From Eledone cirrhosa (taxonomy: Eukaryota), in contig OZ024743.1 in assembly GCA_964016885.1 (NCBI GenBank), positions 120,776,001 to 120,840,000 on the forward strand: 64,000 nt of DNA. The letters run 5' to 3'. This document shows, one piece after another, positions 59,017 through 64,000 of the stretch. Under the pieces are notes generated by a model. The model saw only the letters and a program-made list of their open reading frames with translations. It searched no databases and was not told where the DNA came from. Positions within the stretch are counted from its first letter, which is position 1; each line of letters opens with the position of its first letter. The translations under genes were made by a program, and so were the position numbers.

Positions 59017-59049
59017 AAGGATAATTTCTTACTTGTTAGCATAATATAG

Positions 59050-60750
59050 GTATATTTCGAATGAAGCATTTTTAACTTTGGTTTTCGGTAAAGATGTGTA
59101 CGTTGACCCGCTTAGCTATAACCTCGCTATCCGTCTTGTAATTAGCAGTATTTCCATTATATTTATTTACAATGTCTGTTGGCAACCATTTAGAGTTCAG
59201 TGGCCAGCATTTTAAGTGGTGCAGTTGCATCTGTTAGAAATAAGGGCACATCTAAATTGATTGAACTTGACTCGGTTACAATCTTTTCGGCTAAATTTAG
59301 AACGGTAGACTAGAAAACCTCAACATCTTTATTACAAATTTGCAGTAGGAAATGTTTGTTTATTAATCCTCAGAAAATCCTGCCTATTTAACTAGCATGT
59401 TTTCAGCTATGAGTTTAGCTGAACTAAACAGATTTGCTTTTTATATTCATACTAACACTTCGTTCTAGTTCGTTGGAATGAATTTTTTCCATTTATCTTC
59501 TACTGTACAAAACATTATATTTAGATACCTGTAGAGCGGAGGGATACGTACACTATTTCGGAATATGCTATTAATAATATAATCTTTCACGCGAGATTTG
59601 ATATTTCTTGTATATAGTAAAGAATTGTACCAGGTTTGATAAACGGGTGGTTTAGATTACTAGTGATGCTGCAAATCACGCCTAAGATGTTGGCTATTTC
59701 AGATCCAGTGTCTCTGGTAATAAGTAATCTGAAATAATTCACAAAAAGTATGTTTATCCTTCTAAATTCGGCGAATGGTTTGGCGTTGCATATCACAATT
59801 GCTTGGACTAATTTCTGGCAGTTCTTATTCACGTTTTCTAGGTATTTTGTACATTAACACCAATAATGTTTGAAAACTATATGTTCCCCGGAGGCTTGAG
59901 GGAATTCCAAATGAATTGGATTAGGATGTATGATACTAGTTGTAATATATTGCGCTCTCCGATAAAAATAATCAAGTAAATTTCAAATACTGACAGTGAC
60001 TGAGCAAATAAAGCTAGTAAGCTATGAATACTATTCCTTTCCAGAAAAAAAACAACCTAAACAATTTATGTGCAGAGAATTTGACAGATGTCATATAGCC
60101 AAATAATACATTAGAGACGTTATTCTTGCAAGTTCTTTTATTTTATATTCATCACCATACGATATATTAGGATTTGTAATTTTCATCAGAAAAATTGACA
60201 GGAATTTACGAGGCTTTTGATAGTATTTCGTTTTAAACTTGCGATATATATGCAATATATCATAAAATAACTGTGATTACCGTCTTAATCCATTATTTAT
60301 TCATATTGAATTAGTTAGGCTTAATTTGCTAAAACTAATTTAAAATACAAACTAATTGTAGGCATTGCGCTCTTTATGTTGCGATCACAAGAATGGCGTT
60401 GTAATATTATTGATACCATATACATATTTATAATAATAATAAGCATTATAACATATATATTTAAATTGCTTCAAATGACACATTCTATTAATTATAAACA
60501 AATACTTAAAAATTCAAAATTAGTAAATTATCTTGTTCTATATTTCCTTTTACAATATATAATATAAGTATAACCTGATATGTGGTATGACAGTTAGCAT
60601 GAAACCTTAGCGATTACTATACTAATATAAAACCTTTTACGAGTTTATACTACTAAATATACATTCTAGATAATTGTCTTAGAAAATTTAGTACCGGAGC
60701 TATTAGTATAAATTGTATAAATCCCGTTTGCACGTTATTTTATATGGAAG
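59050..60750 (-). mobile_element. Probable decayed Penelope-like RT relic
   Basis: ORF 59587..59832 has DTGSEIANILGVIC (cf. PLE DGAE.C/A.LVGL.IL); ILIAP near 60700 (cf. RLINP). Very degenerate, boundaries approximate. Confidence 0.45.
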
Positions 60751-63328
60751 GCGTTATATTAAAGCATTATAAAAAATAAATTGTATATTTTTGTTTTGAA
60801 TTTTAGTTTTATTGTTATTAATTTGATTTTATGTAAAAGTTAAAGATTTTTGTTTGTTCCAACTTTTGCGAAATTTTTGTTTTCAGTTGATTTTATTTAT
60901 TCATAACTGTTATCTTTAGATGTCGCATTATGTGTTTTCATTTGCTTGAATTATTATTTGCATTCTTTGCTTGCTTTATTGCTTTTTTCTGACGCAAATC
61001 TCCTTTCTTTTTTGTTTTGTTTAGCCGAAGCATGAACATTCTAGTTTGGATTTATGTAAATGAAAGCCTCTTATATTGAAATAATGCCAATATTAAAAAC
61101 AGAGTTGATTTTAAATGTATTATTGCATTTTTTCTTTAGAACAGAAGTGTTTCATTTTGCATTTCAACTTTTCCTGTTGACATCATTCTAATTAATCAGT
61201 ATTCCTTTTATATTCCTTTCTTTATTAACATTTAATTGTATTCATCTATTAACTCACTATTCTAATTTCAATATATCACTTTTGAAGAATAACAAACATT
61301 CCTTAACACAGGATTTCAGTACTTTAATAAGTCACCAAATTCGATTCTCTTGCTTTGTATCAAAACATTGAATATTTTATAACTATCAAAATTCAACTAT
61401 TGCTAAGACGTAAATTACGTTATTTTTATCTTGGCATTATGAAATACGTTTTATTTAAGAAATACCGGTTGGATACAAAACAAGAGTTCATCCATGATTA
61501 AAATTTCGATTCAATTTTTAATATTTTTTCCATCAAATCCGAATGAGATAAGTTTAGTAAAGACAGCCTACCTAACTAACAATTAACATAATTTACAATT
61601 TGTACAAATTTAATTGAAATTCCTTTTAAAAGGAAAAAAATGTAAATGAAATTTACTTTCTTTTCTATTGCTTCTTCGGATCAATATTAAACAGAATTTC
61701 ATAAGTATACATCATATGATTTACTTTAAAATGCAGCGTAATTTATAAGTAAAGAAATTGAAATCGCTGTACAGAATTAATTATACAAATGTATTGGTAT
61801 GTATAGACTGTAAGTCTAGACATATATATATATATATATACCAAAGACATTAAAGAAATTTAAGCACTTTTTGAAAGAAATATCAGTAGAAAAAATTGAT
61901 ATTCAAGGCAGAAATTTATTTGCGTATAAATCTTGCATCTATTTTGATCATATATAAGACGTATGTTTTATATTATATTCACACACGGGAAGACGCTGTC
62001 TACTACTAATTTATTTCAGTCGGTTCCAGCTGAAAATATCTTGCAAAGTTGTTCGGAACGTTTGTTATTCTTCACCTTTAATGTAGATATTGAGCGAGCG
62101 ACGTTCTCAGAAATATCACGAAATATAATTATCTAAATACAAGGAAAGTCTAAATTGACTACATGGCAACCTAAATGCCTCAAAATAAAGTAAATGACTG
62201 AAATATATATATCATATTTAGGGGAGATTTTATAATACAAAGAGCAATCAATTTCCTTGGAAAATTATTTGCAGCCAAATGCAAAACGCTGGTCTTTTGG
62301 AAAATTAAATTGATAAATCATAAATTATATTATTAAACATCTAACCTTCTAGTAAATACTATCAAATAATGAACTTAGTATAGATAATAGAATATATATT
62401 TCTTTATTTAATATTTAAATAATTATTTAATGTATTCTGCTGAAATTGTTTAATGGTGGATATGAAAGAGTACATACGTGTGTGAGTATGTGTATGTATG
62501 TATGTGTATATAAAATAATTTGCGAGGCAATTAAAACAGCAGTCGTAAAGTCTGATTATATACCTATTACAGTTTTAAAACATAATCTTCAGTGATATGG
62601 CTTATATATTCGATAAATCTATGAATATCATGAATAAAATCGGTACATAAATACACACTTACTCATGCATATACATGTACGTAGAGAAGTATGTACGTAC
62701 ATACACATATATTAAGTATTAAAATTGAATGTTATAAAACTAACCCGCTTTATATAATATCGTATTTACAAGCACATGAATGTTTTCCGAACAAATTATT
62801 TTAGAAACGTTATTTTGTATTCATATGAATTTAGTTTGACTTAAAAATCTATTAACTGATTTTATAAACATGTTTCATATCGTAAGTAATAATTATCGTT
62901 ATCTATATCGGGTGGTAGAATTAATAGAGCGTCTTATAGAATACCTTGCTGTATTTTACATGCGTACCATCATATTATGAGTCTACTTTCTCTGTCATCG
63001 TTTATGTATCAAAGGAATAGTCCCAGAAGGTTATAGTATTCGTTTAAATATACGACAAATGTGTGGTATGTGCCAATGCACGGTAATTAACTCTTTCTGA
63101 ATCGATAAACTAAATACCAGTCTCTTGTTATTCTGTATGATAGATACATTATTATTATTTCATTGATAAGGAACGAGGAGAATTCTTCCGACAAGAACCT
63201 CGCAATTTATAATTTCAGGTGTGACAAAATAAAACACCAGTCAAGTACTAGGAGTTGATTCATGAACATCTTCCATCCCCGCAAGTGTCTGTGTGCTTAT
63301 AAAAATCTATTATTATATTCATCTGCAC

Positions 63329-63517
63329 GATGGATTGGCATTATCGGTAGAGGGTCGGATGCCATGCTTTGCAGTGAAGAGTCACGGCCCTTTATGGTCT
63401 GAGTTCAAATCCCGCCGAGGTTAAATTTGCCTTTCATCCTTACGGGGTCGATAAAATAAAGTACCAGTAATACACTGGGATAATTGCTGGCCTTGTGCCA
63501 AAAGTAGAAACAATTAT
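63329..63517 (+). mobile_element. Meta-core tRNA SINE with 17-bp TSD
   Basis: attatat(t/g)catctgcac at 63312-63328 and 63513-63529. Confidence 0.9.
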
Positions 63518-63589
63518 ATGCATCTGCACAGTGAGGATTTTAGCAACAATGGATCATTTAATTATCTCTCTATAAAGTTATGTGACCTG

Positions 63590-64000
63590 AGGTAGAGAGT
63601 ACTTTCCGCAGGATATTTACTGTTCCCAAAAGTGTTATTTTCCAATCATTTTACGATTTTCTCGTCTTCTTTATTATTGATGTAATGGTCTTCCGGACAA
63701 GCTAAATCGCTCAACAAATACCTCCTTTAAGTACCTTTCTTCATCAAAGTTAGTTATGTCTTACCTTGGATTTTCAAGAACTCTACCTGTCTGAATTGTG
63801 AAGTCCCACAAGTATTTCACAGTCTGATTTTCTAGGAATTTCTCTGGTTTGTGCTGATAGCATTTTTATTTCACAATGGTTGCAAGCTTTTTGTATAAAT
63901 ACCAATGGAGGTGTAAGCAGATTTTATCGTGGCGCCTTGTATACTCCCTCTGTGCAAGCATATCACAGGCACTCACGATATGTGTCACACTTTTCATCTT
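63590..64000 (-). mobile_element. Dong/R4-type LINE CCHC/RLE region, running off the window end
   Basis: Minus strand SVTHIVSACDMLAQREYTRRHDKICLHLHW, YQHKPEK and LWDFTIQT. Confidence 0.8.

Overview
AT-rich, microsatellite-saturated animal genomic DNA. The repeat content (Meta/MESC-core tRNA SINEs, Dong/R4, RTE and CR1-group LINE relics, Penelope relics) looks like an octopus/cephalopod genome; this is my inference and is unverified. I see no credible host protein-coding exon. Almost all ORF-track entries are microsatellite read-throughs or antisense frames of decayed retroelements. The outstanding signal is a set of at least 10 short (~0.2-1 kb) non-coding elements sitting inside (TA)n tracts. 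Many are long fold-back palindromes, one a perfect 340-bp palindrome with no spacer. They belong to at least three families with little primary-sequence similarity but share one architecture: an inverted short arm, then a long arm carrying a type I hammerhead ribozyme (often with a self-complementary stem III), then a ~80-100 nt 3' extension containing a covarying ACTC-stem-loop-stem-NN-GAGT hairpin, then (TA)n. This fits 5'-inverted Penelope-like element (PLE) pseudo-LTR termini or non-autonomous derivatives, and decayed PLE RT and GIY-YIG coding relics occur in the same window. All structures were read by eye; no folding or database search was run.
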